Assembly (NCBI GenBank): GCA_049522195.1
Contig: JBEKOB010000009.1
Location: 1,953-65,952 of the forward strand
Direction: 5' to 3'
Length of the DNA: 64,000 nt
From: Bacteroidota bacterium
GTDB taxonomy: Bacteria > Bacteroidota > Ignavibacteria > UBA10030
Each line of letters begins with the position of its first letter. Within the stretch, counting starts at the first letter, position 1. A model generated the notes under the pieces. It had not been told where the DNA came from, searched no databases, and saw nothing but the letters and a program-made list of their open reading frames with translations. Both the position numbers and the translations under genes were made by a program. Of the stretch, positions 18,703 to 27,317 are shown piece after piece.

Positions 18703-19341
18703 ATGGCAATCACCCTCGACGCACGAGAGCATGAGCTGAAGAAACGTTTTGCTCTTCCCTATGAATGGGGCCAGCGTCAGAATGACGAGTGGGACGCACA
18801 CACCGACTTTGTCTACCACATCTTTAGTTTCGAAGCCCTGTTGAAGGAGCTCGAAGCCCGCTTCAAAGATGAACCCATCTATAAAGAGATGCTCAACTAC
18901 GGTATGAACCGGTGGTACAATTTCTGGTCGGCCAAAGCGGTTGAGCAGATCTTCTGCGCACATCCGAGTGTGAAGGCGGCACGGGATTCAAATGACCGGC
19001 TGAGAGAATTCAGAATCGGGGACCTGAGCTTCGACCACAAGACCTCGACCTATCCGCGCGGATTCAATCACGATCTCGACTTCGGCCAGAAGCACCCGAA
19101 AGAGCTGGTCGAATGGTTCTACACACACCAGAGCCAGCAGCGCCGCAAACACTACGAAAACAGGATTTTCATCGTCCTCTACGCCTCGGACGGACAGCAC
19201 TGGAAGCTCAAAGCCGAACTGGGGTGGCTGGAAGGGATTGTGAAGACGTACCTCGATCAGTTTGATCCGGCGAAGCTCTTCAGGTTCAAATTCGAAGGAA
19301 AGCGGGAAACCGTTGCGGATCTTCTGTGGGCGGTGAAATAA
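18703..19341 (+). CDS. Hypothetical protein, putative restriction endonuclease partner
   Basis: 20 nt after the MTase; E...(E)F-x6-FDHKTS resembles a PD-(D/E)xK core; no secure family match. Confidence 0.45.
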   Translation: MAITLDAREHELKKRFALPYEWGQRQNDEWDAHTDFVYHIFSFEALLKELEARFKDEPIYKEMLNYGMNRWYNFWSAKAVEQIFCAHPSVKAARDSNDRLREFRIGDLSFDHKTSTYPRGFNHDLDFGQKHPKELVEWFYTHQSQQRRKHYENRIFIVLYASDGQHWKLKAELGWLEGIVKTYLDQFDPAKLFRFKFEGKRETVADLLWAVK

Positions 19342-19392
19342 TGGTCAATGGTCAACGACTAATTGACAATTGACCGTTCACCATTCACAATT
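19341..19392. repeat. Inverted heptamer tract between convergent genes
   Basis: ATGGTCA ATGGTCA ACGACTA ATTGACA ATTGACC GTTCACC ATTCACA. Confidence 0.65.
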
Positions 19393-20178
19393 CTAAACCA
19401 AAAGCAAAAGTCCCCACGCGACCACAGCTCCCACCAAAGCACACACTCCGTTGACTACGTCGTTGCCGATCCATCGCATACCACGTGACAACCCGGTCGG
19501 TCGATCACAGTGCACCGTTCGCTCCGTTGATTTTCCACACACTTCACATCTGTATTGAGCCTGCACTGTTGCCCCCAACAAGCTGTCCACAAAGCTCCCT
19601 GCGACTCCACCAACAACAACGATGAGCGTCGTGCGCAATTCTGTGTACCAAGGATACCCGGAAAGAGCAATCACCGCAGCACCAACGGCTCCCCCAGCCG
19701 TCCCGTACTCTGAAATCCCTCCGCTTGTCCCCGGCTCAACCGGCTTGAACGAAAGAATGGAGATGGTCTTCCCTTTCGTCAGTACACCGATCTCTGTCCC
19801 CCACGTATCAGCAGTGACCGCCGCGAGTGCCCCAAGATAGATGGGGTAGAAATCATAGAGAGGATAAAGTCCGGAGAAAATAGCCACCAGGCCCGCGACC
19901 CCTCCATTCGCCACGACCTGCCCCCAATCACGCTTGCTTGATTTCTCAAAAACCTGATCGAAGGCCTTCTTGCGCGAATGGCCGTACTTCGACAGCAGAC
20001 TTGAAAGGACGAAGAATGTCACGATCGGAACCGCCCATTGCCATCCCCCCACGCCGTAGATGATGAGCGCAAGCAGAGCGGTCGCGATCGCGCCACTCAG
20101 AGTGAGAAAGCGCGCGAGAAAGGCTGCCACAGCTACGATGAGTCCAAACAGCGCAGCGGTGAGATACCGGTCGGCCAT
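19393..20178 (-). CDS. DUF92 (TMEM19-like) membrane protein
   Basis: RDWGQVVANGG, ADTWGTEIG, PGTSGGIS, DSLLGATVQ, CEVC...HC, NDVVN. Confidence 0.9.
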   Translation of the reverse strand: MADRYLTAALFGLIVAVAAFLARFLTLSGAIATALLALIIYGVGGWQWAVPIVTFFVLSSLLSKYGHSRKKAFDQVFEKSSKRDWGQVVANGGVAGLVAIFSGLYPLYDFYPIYLGALAAVTADTWGTEIGVLTKGKTISILSFKPVEPGTSGGISEYGTAGGAVGAAVIALSGYPWYTELRTTLIVVVGGVAGSFVDSLLGATVQAQYRCEVCGKSTERTVHCDRPTGLSRGMRWIGNDVVNGVCALVGAVVAWGLLLLV

Positions 20179-20180
20179 AA

Positions 20181-21206
20181 TCAGACCGTCTCGCCGACAG
20201 ATTCGGAGGTGTGATGGAGAAGCGAAATGATGAGAAGATCGAGGATCAGATGAGGATCACGCGACGTCGATTTCAGAACCGTGTCGGCTTCGAGGAGCGC
20301 TTTGAAGTTCTGTTCGATCTGACTGACGTCGAAATTGGATCGGAATTCAATGTACTGCTTGATATAATAAGCAGGCACGCCGATTTCACGTGCAATCTCC
20401 TGCTCTCCCAATCTCCGGGATTTTATGTCTGAGAGCTTCCAGAGCTGCGTGAAGAACCGCGTCAGCATGACGATGATCATCTGTGGTGACTGGCCTGACT
20501 CGAGCATACGCTCAAGTATTTTGACGGCTTCCCTGGAATCCTTCCGGCCAATCGCGTTCTGCAGCTCAAAAATCGTATATCCCTTTGTTGCTCCCACAAC
20601 CGCAGTGATGTCCTCCACGGTGACCTTTTTCCGGTCCCCGACGAAGACAAAGAGCTTGTCGATTTCATTCTGAAGCGATCGCAGTGAATTGCCAACATAC
20701 GCCTGCATAAGGCGGCAGGCTTCAGCATTCGCTTCCCTTCCCAGGTGCTTAATGCGGTCGGCGATCCAAGTCGGGACTTGATTATCATACAGCGGCTTGC
20801 ACTCGACGATCTCAGCCCGCTTTTTGAGATCCGTAAACGGCTTACGGCGGAAATCCGGTTCAAAGGAAACCAGAACGAGCACGGTTGATTCGAGAGGCCT
20901 GTTGATATACGCCGCGATAACCTCTTTTGCGGTTTCCGTAGTCGCAAGTTTCTCGAATTCCTTCACCACGACGACGCGCTTCGCGCTCATCATGGGAAAT
21001 GAAGACGCGTGCGCCACAACATCCTGTGCCTCCACCTTGCTCCCGTAGACGACATCGAGGTTGAAGCCCTTTGTCCCCTCGTCGAGGGTCTTCGCGATGA
21101 TCAGCTGTACCCCTTCATCGATAAGGAAGTCCTCCTCCCCATGAAAGAGATAGATTGGGGCGAAGTGGTTGGATTTGATCGACTGTTGAAACTCTGCGTA
21201 AGTCAT
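20181..21206 (-). CDS. holA: DNA polymerase III subunit delta
   Basis: PIYLFHGEEDF, FPMMSAKRVVVVK, NEIDKL, TIFEL. Confidence 0.92.
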   Translation of the reverse strand: MTYAEFQQSIKSNHFAPIYLFHGEEDFLIDEGVQLIIAKTLDEGTKGFNLDVVYGSKVEAQDVVAHASSFPMMSAKRVVVVKEFEKLATTETAKEVIAAYINRPLESTVLVLVSFEPDFRRKPFTDLKKRAEIVECKPLYDNQVPTWIADRIKHLGREANAEACRLMQAYVGNSLRSLQNEIDKLFVFVGDRKKVTVEDITAVVGATKGYTIFELQNAIGRKDSREAVKILERMLESGQSPQMIIVMLTRFFTQLWKLSDIKSRRLGEQEIAREIGVPAYYIKQYIEFRSNFDVSQIEQNFKALLEADTVLKSTSRDPHLILDLLIISLLHHTSESVGETV

Positions 21207-21209
21207 AAG

Positions 21210-21318
21210 GGATCGGGAGATCGGACGATCTGGACATCGAATCATCTGTGAATCGTTAGATGATCAAATGGTGAGATGGCCAGATGAGTAGATGATTAGA
21301 TGACCCGATGGCTAGATT
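21210..21318. repeat. Inverted pair of 8-bp-period tracts
   Basis: GATCGGGA GATCGGAC GATCTGGA CATCGAAT CATCTGTG, then AGATGATC AAATGGTG AGATGGCC AGATGAGT AGATGATT AGATGACC CGATGGCT. Confidence 0.75.
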
Positions 21319-21326
21319 TCAAGGCG

Positions 21327-21890
21327 TTATTTTAACACTGTTACCTTTTTTATCACCACATCCACTTTTGGCTTTCCGTCGTTCGGTCCCATCTGCGGAG
21401 TAATATCCACCGCTCCGATTGAATCGACCACGTCCAGCCCCTTGACCACTTTCCCGAAGATTGTGTAATTCTTGGGCATGCCTGGAACATCCCGGAGCAT
21501 GATGAAAAACTGGCTCGTGTTCGTGTTCGGTCCGCGGTTCGCCATGGCAAGTGTACCGCGGACGTAGCCGGACTGATAGGAAGAGGTCGAAGGATGCAGT
21601 TCATCTTCGAACTCCTTCCCATAAATACTTTTTCCGCCGGTTCCCGTACCGGTCGGATCGCCTCCCTGGATCACGAATCCTCTGGCAATCCTGTGGAAAA
21701 TGATTCCATTGAAATATCCTTGCTCGGCAAGGCCTGTGAAATTGGCGACTGTCTTTGGGGCGTCCGATTGAAATAGTTCAACTTCAATCGTCCCCTTTGA
21801 GGTTTCGAGTGTGGCATTCACGGTTTTCTTTTGGCACCCTTCAGTTATGAGTAGGAGAACAAGAAGCAGCACGACGGTCAATCGTTTCAT
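21327..21890 (-). CDS. Cyclophilin-type peptidyl-prolyl isomerase, probable lipoprotein
   Basis: TEGC lipobox-like site, APKTVANF, FHRIARGFVIQGGDP, LAMANRGPNTNTSQFFI. Confidence 0.93.
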   Translation of the reverse strand: MKRLTVVLLLVLLLITEGCQKKTVNATLETSKGTIEVELFQSDAPKTVANFTGLAEQGYFNGIIFHRIARGFVIQGGDPTGTGTGGKSIYGKEFEDELHPSTSSYQSGYVRGTLAMANRGPNTNTSQFFIMLRDVPGMPKNYTIFGKVVKGLDVVDSIGAVDITPQMGPNDGKPKVDVVIKKVTVLK

Positions 21891-21901
21891 GGTACCCTCT
21901 A

Positions 21902-22711
21902 TCAGACAAATAAGATTCCTGCGATTCCAATGACGAAGCAATAGAAAGCAAACCAGCTGAACTGACCCCGCTCTATGATGCGAAGCAGGAGCTTGATCGC
22001 GAAATACCCTGTCAGTGCAGCGACAAGCAGGCCAACGATAAGCGGGCCGAATCCCGTTGCTATCCCTTGACGGACCATCGTTTTCGATTCCAGCAGTGCC
22101 GCTCCAGCAATGACCGGAACAGAAAGAAGAAAAGAAAACCTGGCGGCGAGCGACGGCGGAAGTCGAAGGAACAGCGCTGTGCTGATCGTCGAACCGGAAC
22201 GAGAGATTCCTGGAAAGATCGCCACCGATTGCGCGATGCCAATGATGAACCCGGAGAGAACCCCGACACGTTTTCCCTCAACCGCTTTCGAGAACCGGGT
22301 GAGAAAAAGGAATAATCCCGTAATCACAAGATTGACCGATACCAACTTGGGATCATGAAACGTCTCCGCAATCTGATCGTGATACATCAATCCGATAATC
22401 GCCGCCGGCACCGAAGCAACAACAATTGCCGCCCCAAGCCGGAAGTACTCATTCGTCTCGTAAGCGGCTTTCCAGGCCTGCGTTCGGATAGCATCCCAAA
22501 AGGCCATCACGATATGGCCAATATCTCTTCGAAAGATAATGCAGACCGAGATAAGCGTTCCAAAATGCACAAAGACATCAAACGAGAGCATTTCGGGATT
22601 ATTGATATTGAGGAGCTGACGCGCCAGAACGAGATGGCCGGAGCTGCTGACGGGAAGGAACTCCGTAAGACCCTGAACGATACCAAGAACGGTAGCCTGG
22701 AGAATGGACAT
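21902..22711 (-). CDS. uppP: Undecaprenyl-diphosphate phosphatase
   Basis: QGLTEFLPVSSSGH, PGISRSGST, ARFSFLL. Confidence 0.96.
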   Translation of the reverse strand: MSILQATVLGIVQGLTEFLPVSSSGHLVLARQLLNINNPEMLSFDVFVHFGTLISVCIIFRRDIGHIVMAFWDAIRTQAWKAAYETNEYFRLGAAIVVASVPAAIIGLMYHDQIAETFHDPKLVSVNLVITGLFLFLTRFSKAVEGKRVGVLSGFIIGIAQSVAIFPGISRSGSTISTALFLRLPPSLAARFSFLLSVPVIAGAALLESKTMVRQGIATGFGPLIVGLLVAALTGYFAIKLLLRIIERGQFSWFAFYCFVIGIAGILFV

Positions 22712-22727
22712 GTGCTACTGAGTCGTG

Positions 22728-23438
22728 TCAGAATAGTTGAAACGTTACGCCGAATTTCACTCCGGCAGTGAAAAATGTCATCTTCGGCAGATCCGGCCCG
22801 CTTCGGGTACTCTGGACCGCCTGCGCGCCGCGACTCAATGAACCGAGAAAATCCCACCGGAGATCAACGCCGATGCTCCCGTAGAACGTCTCGTCAAATT
22901 TTGTATTCCCGATGGCATCGAGTTTGAATCCGAGCCCATTGGTGCGCAGCGTTTCCCCGCTGCCAGTCGACGAGAATGCCTCATCGAACTTCACGAAGTG
23001 ATAGCCAACGCCGCCCCCCAGCTTCAACCTGAATCCTTCGCCGAACACTAGATAATGAACGAGCACGGAGGGCATTTGGACTTCATACGAAATGTCCGTC
23101 CGTCCGAATCCCGAACTGCTATTGATGGAATACGACTTGATGAGCAGGCTGTATTCTATTGCCGCACTCCACTCCTTGGAGACCTGGAGCTCGGGGACAA
23201 AATAGAACTCCGCCACCGAATTGAACTGATCAACCTTCTGATCGAGCGTTGGCTGCGCAAGGGCGTTGATGTAGTTAGCAAGCAATGGGGCCGACTGGAT
23301 TGAGATCCCCAGGCCAGCGGTGAGGTCAAAGAATCGCTTTGTGCTGTCGTTTGACGCCGATTGAGCGCTCAACGGCTGGACCGTACAAACGATCAGGAAG
23401 AGTACTGCGTATCCGGCCGATGCACTGACTTTTCTCAC
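22728..23438 (-). CDS. Hypothetical protein, probable small outer-membrane beta-barrel
   Basis: Signal peptide, strand pattern (LGGGVGYHF), C-terminal GVKFGVTFQLF. Confidence 0.6.
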   Translation of the reverse strand: MRKVSASAGYAVLFLIVCTVQPLSAQSASNDSTKRFFDLTAGLGISIQSAPLLANYINALAQPTLDQKVDQFNSVAEFYFVPELQVSKEWSAAIEYSLLIKSYSINSSSGFGRTDISYEVQMPSVLVHYLVFGEGFRLKLGGGVGYHFVKFDEAFSSTGSGETLRTNGLGFKLDAIGNTKFDETFYGSIGVDLRWDFLGSLSRGAQAVQSTRSGPDLPKMTFFTAGVKFGVTFQLF

Positions 23439-25630
23439 AACGAAACCGGGACCCCGACCTGCAACGATTCGACAATTTTGAATGTGGTCCGCGTCGTGGC
23501 CACAAGACTTGCCATCGGGACGGGCGACGGCTTCCCTTCCTGGATAGCCGCCAGAAACTCACGCACTTCGGTGCGATGCCCCTTGTCGATGCTCGAAAGT
23601 TTGAACTCGCGTTTCTTCCCGTTCTGATAGAGAGAAAGGCGTTGAAAATTGTCTATGACCGCAGTCCGTCCTGTTGATGAGATCTCCAGACGTTCCTTCG
23701 GAAGTGAAGGGTCCCCGTTTGCGAGGTAGGTGATGGTTCCAACAGAACCATCCTGAAACTTCAGGGTGATCATAACGGAATCGTCGTCCGACGGCCCGCT
23801 TGACGCGGCAGAGAGCGCTTCAGCAAATACTTTCACCGGCTGGGACGAAGTGATGTATTGCATCAGGTCCACAAAATGGCAGACTTCACCGATAATCCGT
23901 CCTCCCCCTTCGACTGGATCACGGGTCCAATGCGTCTTCGGGACAAAGCCCGCGCTGACGCGGTACTGGATCACGTATGGCCCCACCGCATTCTCAAAGA
24001 ATCTCTTGGCATGTTGAACCTGAGGGGCAAACCGCCGGTTGAACCCAACCAGCAGCAGTGATTCCTTTCCAGCTGCCGATGCTGACTCGTACGCTTTCTG
24101 GATTTCCCTGAGCTCACTAGCATTCAACGCCAGGGGCTTTTCCACGAACACGTTCTTGCCGGCTTTGAGAGCATCAACCGTCAATGATGCGTGAAGGTTG
24201 TGCCGGGTGGCAATAAATACCGTGTTGATCGCCTTGTTCTTGATGATCTCGAACGGATCGCTTGTGGCGCTTTCGAACCCGAATGTCCGGGCGACATTTG
24301 TCGCATTGAGCCCATTGCTGTTGCAGACACTCACGAGCGATGTAGTGCGGGACCGTTCGATATTCGGGATGAGAAATCCCTGCGCGAAATTTCCGGCGCC
24401 GATGAATCCAACGCGGGACACAATAGGACCTGGTTCCGCTTGTTTGGCAGAAATCTTCACCGAGCGGGGCAGATCATCAGGCAAAACAATTTCTTTCTCG
24501 CCGTAGTCGAGCAGGACGCCAATAAAGTGCTCGCGCTTCTTCGACTTCGCGCCGGTGATCAATGCGTACGCTGCCTGGGCTTCATCGAGTGGAAATCGGT
24601 GCGTTGTCAAATGTCGAAGATCAACCTGACCGGTGGATAAAAGCCGGAGGAATTCCCGCATGTTGCGGTTCTCACTCCACCGAACATACGAAGCCGGATA
24701 GTCTTTCCCTCGTTCTTCATACTCAGGATCATAACGGCCGGGACCGAGCGATCGCGACAATCTGAAATCGAGCTCTTTCATGTAGTAAGGAGCACGGGGA
24801 AGATTCAGCCCTACGTCTCCGACCAACACCACGCGGCCTTTTTCGCGGCACAATTCTCCCGCCAGCTCCACTGGGTCGTTGCTCTGCGTCGCCGCAGTAA
24901 TAATGACTGCATCCGCTCCCAATCCCTTCGTGGCTGCGCGAACGATGCTCTTCACATCACCGGTGTCACGTCGAACTGCGACATCAGCTCCGCTCTGCCT
25001 GGCAAGCTTCACCGAAGTGTCGTCCAGGTCGATGCCAACGACAATGCATCCATGGGCCTTCAGCATCTGGATTGTCAGCTGACCCAGAAGGCCGAGACCG
25101 ATAACCACAACGACTTCCCCAAGCGTGGGATCAACCTGCCGGATGCCCTGGAGGGCAATCGAACCAAGCGTCGTATACGCCGCGCCGTCCAGCGTAACTC
25201 CCCTCGGTATCTTCGCACACAAATGCAGCGGCACAACCACGTATTCCGCATGATTCGCATATCCCGCTCCTGCACACGCGACAAGGTCGCCCGCTTTCAC
25301 CGACAAATCTTTTCCCCCAACCGCGATAACCCGGCCCGCGACGCTGTAACCAATCGGGGCGGTCGAATCAAGCTTGTTCTGTACCCGGCGGTACGTGTTG
25401 ATGAGCCCATACTGCTTTACCTGCTCGAGCACGAGCCGCACGAGTTCTGGCTGTGCCTGGGCTTTCTGGAGCAGCGACGCCTTTCGCTGGTTGATCGATG
25501 CGCGCTCAGTTCCTGCGCTGATCAATGAATAGCGCGTCTGTACTAACACAAATCCCGGCTTCAAGGCCGGAATTGGCACATCTTCAACCCGCACTTCGCC
25601 CGTCTTATTGTGTTGTGTCACCTGTTTCAT
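23435..25630 (-). CDS. Bi-domain oxidoreductase (MDR/ADH-like plus Gfo/Idh/MocA)
   Basis: SLISAGTE, GLGLLGQ, SLGPGRYD, GFIGAGNFA, VFVEKPL, GFNRRF, GEVCHFVD. Confidence 0.9.
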   Translation of the reverse strand: MKQVTQHNKTGEVRVEDVPIPALKPGFVLVQTRYSLISAGTERASINQRKASLLQKAQAQPELVRLVLEQVKQYGLINTYRRVQNKLDSTAPIGYSVAGRVIAVGGKDLSVKAGDLVACAGAGYANHAEYVVVPLHLCAKIPRGVTLDGAAYTTLGSIALQGIRQVDPTLGEVVVVIGLGLLGQLTIQMLKAHGCIVVGIDLDDTSVKLARQSGADVAVRRDTGDVKSIVRAATKGLGADAVIITAATQSNDPVELAGELCREKGRVVLVGDVGLNLPRAPYYMKELDFRLSRSLGPGRYDPEYEERGKDYPASYVRWSENRNMREFLRLLSTGQVDLRHLTTHRFPLDEAQAAYALITGAKSKKREHFIGVLLDYGEKEIVLPDDLPRSVKISAKQAEPGPIVSRVGFIGAGNFAQGFLIPNIERSRTTSLVSVCNSNGLNATNVARTFGFESATSDPFEIIKNKAINTVFIATRHNLHASLTVDALKAGKNVFVEKPLALNASELREIQKAYESASAAGKESLLLVGFNRRFAPQVQHAKRFFENAVGPYVIQYRVSAGFVPKTHWTRDPVEGGGRIIGEVCHFVDLMQYITSSQPVKVFAEALSAASSGPSDDDSVMITLKFQDGSVGTITYLANGDPSLPKERLEISSTGRTAVIDNFQRLSLYQNGKKREFKLSSIDKGHRTEVREFLAAIQEGKPSPVPMASLVATTRTTFKIVESLQVGVPVSL

Positions 25631-25633
25631 ATC

Positions 25634-26665
25634 TCAAACCACCTCATTGTCGGCTGTACCGTTGACCACCTCCGAAACGTGAAGATGATCTTTAAAAAAG
25701 TAATAGAGTCCCACCACCGTCGTGATGATGTACCCCATTTCATGTGTAATGATCGAGTAGCTCAACGCTGTCACCGTATCGACGCCGTAGAGGCGTACGA
25801 GTGCGAAGGAAAGAAATTGGTGATATGTGCCCAGCGCCCCGGGGGCAGGAAAAGCAAAAGCGATCGTGGATATTGTCAGCAGGATCACCGACGCACCGAA
25901 ATCCAGGTTGTGGCCTGCCATCGTATGGAATGCGTAGAATGGCACATACAGGCTCAGCGCATAGAAGAAATAGATCAGGAGACTCAGCAGGACAATCATC
26001 CCATACGTATTGCGCATCTTCGAGACAGCAAAACCGGAGAGGAAAGAATCGAGAAGCGACTGATATTTAGCCTCAAACTGTTTGGGAACGAATCGCTTCA
26101 GGAAGCTCAGAAGGCTGAAGAGCGATTCCCCCTTGAAGAAAAGTACGACGAAGAGAGCCAGGAACCCGATCGAGCCGATGAAGAAGAACGGCCTGACGGC
26201 ATCGACGTTGCTGAAAAACGGATCGAGCGAATGTGGATAGATGAAAAGGACCACACAAAGGATGAACAGAAAGGTAACCATGTCGATAATGCGCTCGATG
26301 ACGACCGTTCCAAACGCGGAACTCTTCGAGATGCTTTCCGATCTGCCGACTGCGAACGCCCGGGTCACTTCCCCGACGCGCCACAGCAGATTGTTCACCA
26401 TGAACCCAATCATGACGGCAGAAAACAAGTTGCGGGTCGGGATGTTCTCCTTGATCGGAGAGAGGAGATAGGACCATCGAACAGCCCTCAGCCAATGGCT
26501 GATGACGACAATGGGAACAAGGAGCGCGACCCAGAAGTAGTCGACGTCCTGCAACGACGCCCACAGCTCCTTGAAACTCACACCGCGGAATGCGAGGAAG
26601 AGGAATAAGCCGGCGAGGAGAAACCCGGCAGCAGTCTGAAGGACCTTCTTGAGTCGTGATGGCAT
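25634..26665 (-). CDS. Lysylphosphatidylglycerol synthase TM-domain (flippase-like, UPF0104) protein
   Basis: LRAVRW, RVGEVTR, VVIERIID, PAPGALGTYH. Confidence 0.85.
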   Translation of the reverse strand: MPSRLKKVLQTAAGFLLAGLFLFLAFRGVSFKELWASLQDVDYFWVALLVPIVVISHWLRAVRWSYLLSPIKENIPTRNLFSAVMIGFMVNNLLWRVGEVTRAFAVGRSESISKSSAFGTVVIERIIDMVTFLFILCVVLFIYPHSLDPFFSNVDAVRPFFFIGSIGFLALFVVLFFKGESLFSLLSFLKRFVPKQFEAKYQSLLDSFLSGFAVSKMRNTYGMIVLLSLLIYFFYALSLYVPFYAFHTMAGHNLDFGASVILLTISTIAFAFPAPGALGTYHQFLSFALVRLYGVDTVTALSYSIITHEMGYIITTVVGLYYFFKDHLHVSEVVNGTADNEVV

Positions 26666-26681
26666 GAGGAGTGATCGATGA

Positions 26682-27317
26682 TTAGCGTAAGTCGACGACT
26701 TCTGTGCCCGGGGGCGCCGTGAATGCGAACGTATTGTCCTTCAGGTTCGTATTGATTTTGATCTCAAGAACAGAATAAATCTTCTCCGTGTCATTCACAT
26801 CAAGCATCTCGACCTTCTTGACGACCCACGATCCCTCATCCACCCACACTTTCATGGATTTGATGAAGGATTGATCATCCTTTGGCACGAGCTTGAGAGT
26901 GATCAAGGACTTGTCAGTTCCCGCCTCAGCCTGAACGAGAGTGGCATAGTAGTTTGCAGGAAGATTCAGGAGAAACTGCTCTGGCGTGAACGAATCGGCT
27001 GTCTCCTTGTACTTGTCAATCAGAACCTGCTTGTTGACCGGTGAGAACGACCAGACGGTCGTCCCGTCCGTGACGAGCGTCTGATATTCCGTCTCGACGC
27101 GATACCTGTTCGGTCTTTTCATCCTGAGCGTGCCGGAGAAACTCTGCTCTATCTTCGAGAAGCCGAACTTCACATGTTGGGTGAAACGGGCCGTGGCATC
27201 CTGTATCGTCTCGTATTTCTTCTGCAGATGATCGGTAATCTCTTTGACGGTGTATTCTTTGTGCTGACCAAAAGCAATTCCGCTGAACACGATCAACCCA
27301 ACCACAAATCGTCGCAT
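26682..27317 (-). CDS. lolA: Outer-membrane lipoprotein carrier LolA
   Basis: ARFTQ, KRPNRYR, LVTDGTTVWSF, FAFTAPPG; follows ftsK with a TGATG overlap. Confidence 0.85.
   Translation of the reverse strand: MRRFVVGLIVFSGIAFGQHKEYTVKEITDHLQKKYETIQDATARFTQHVKFGFSKIEQSFSGTLRMKRPNRYRVETEYQTLVTDGTTVWSFSPVNKQVLIDKYKETADSFTPEQFLLNLPANYYATLVQAEAGTDKSLITLKLVPKDDQSFIKSMKVWVDEGSWVVKKVEMLDVNDTEKIYSVLEIKINTNLKDNTFAFTAPPGTEVVDLR

Noticed and set aside
25610-26608. 332-aa plus-strand ORF (likewise 41539..42453 and 53887..55026)
   Set aside because: Fully antisense to well-supported genes; expected from codon bias.
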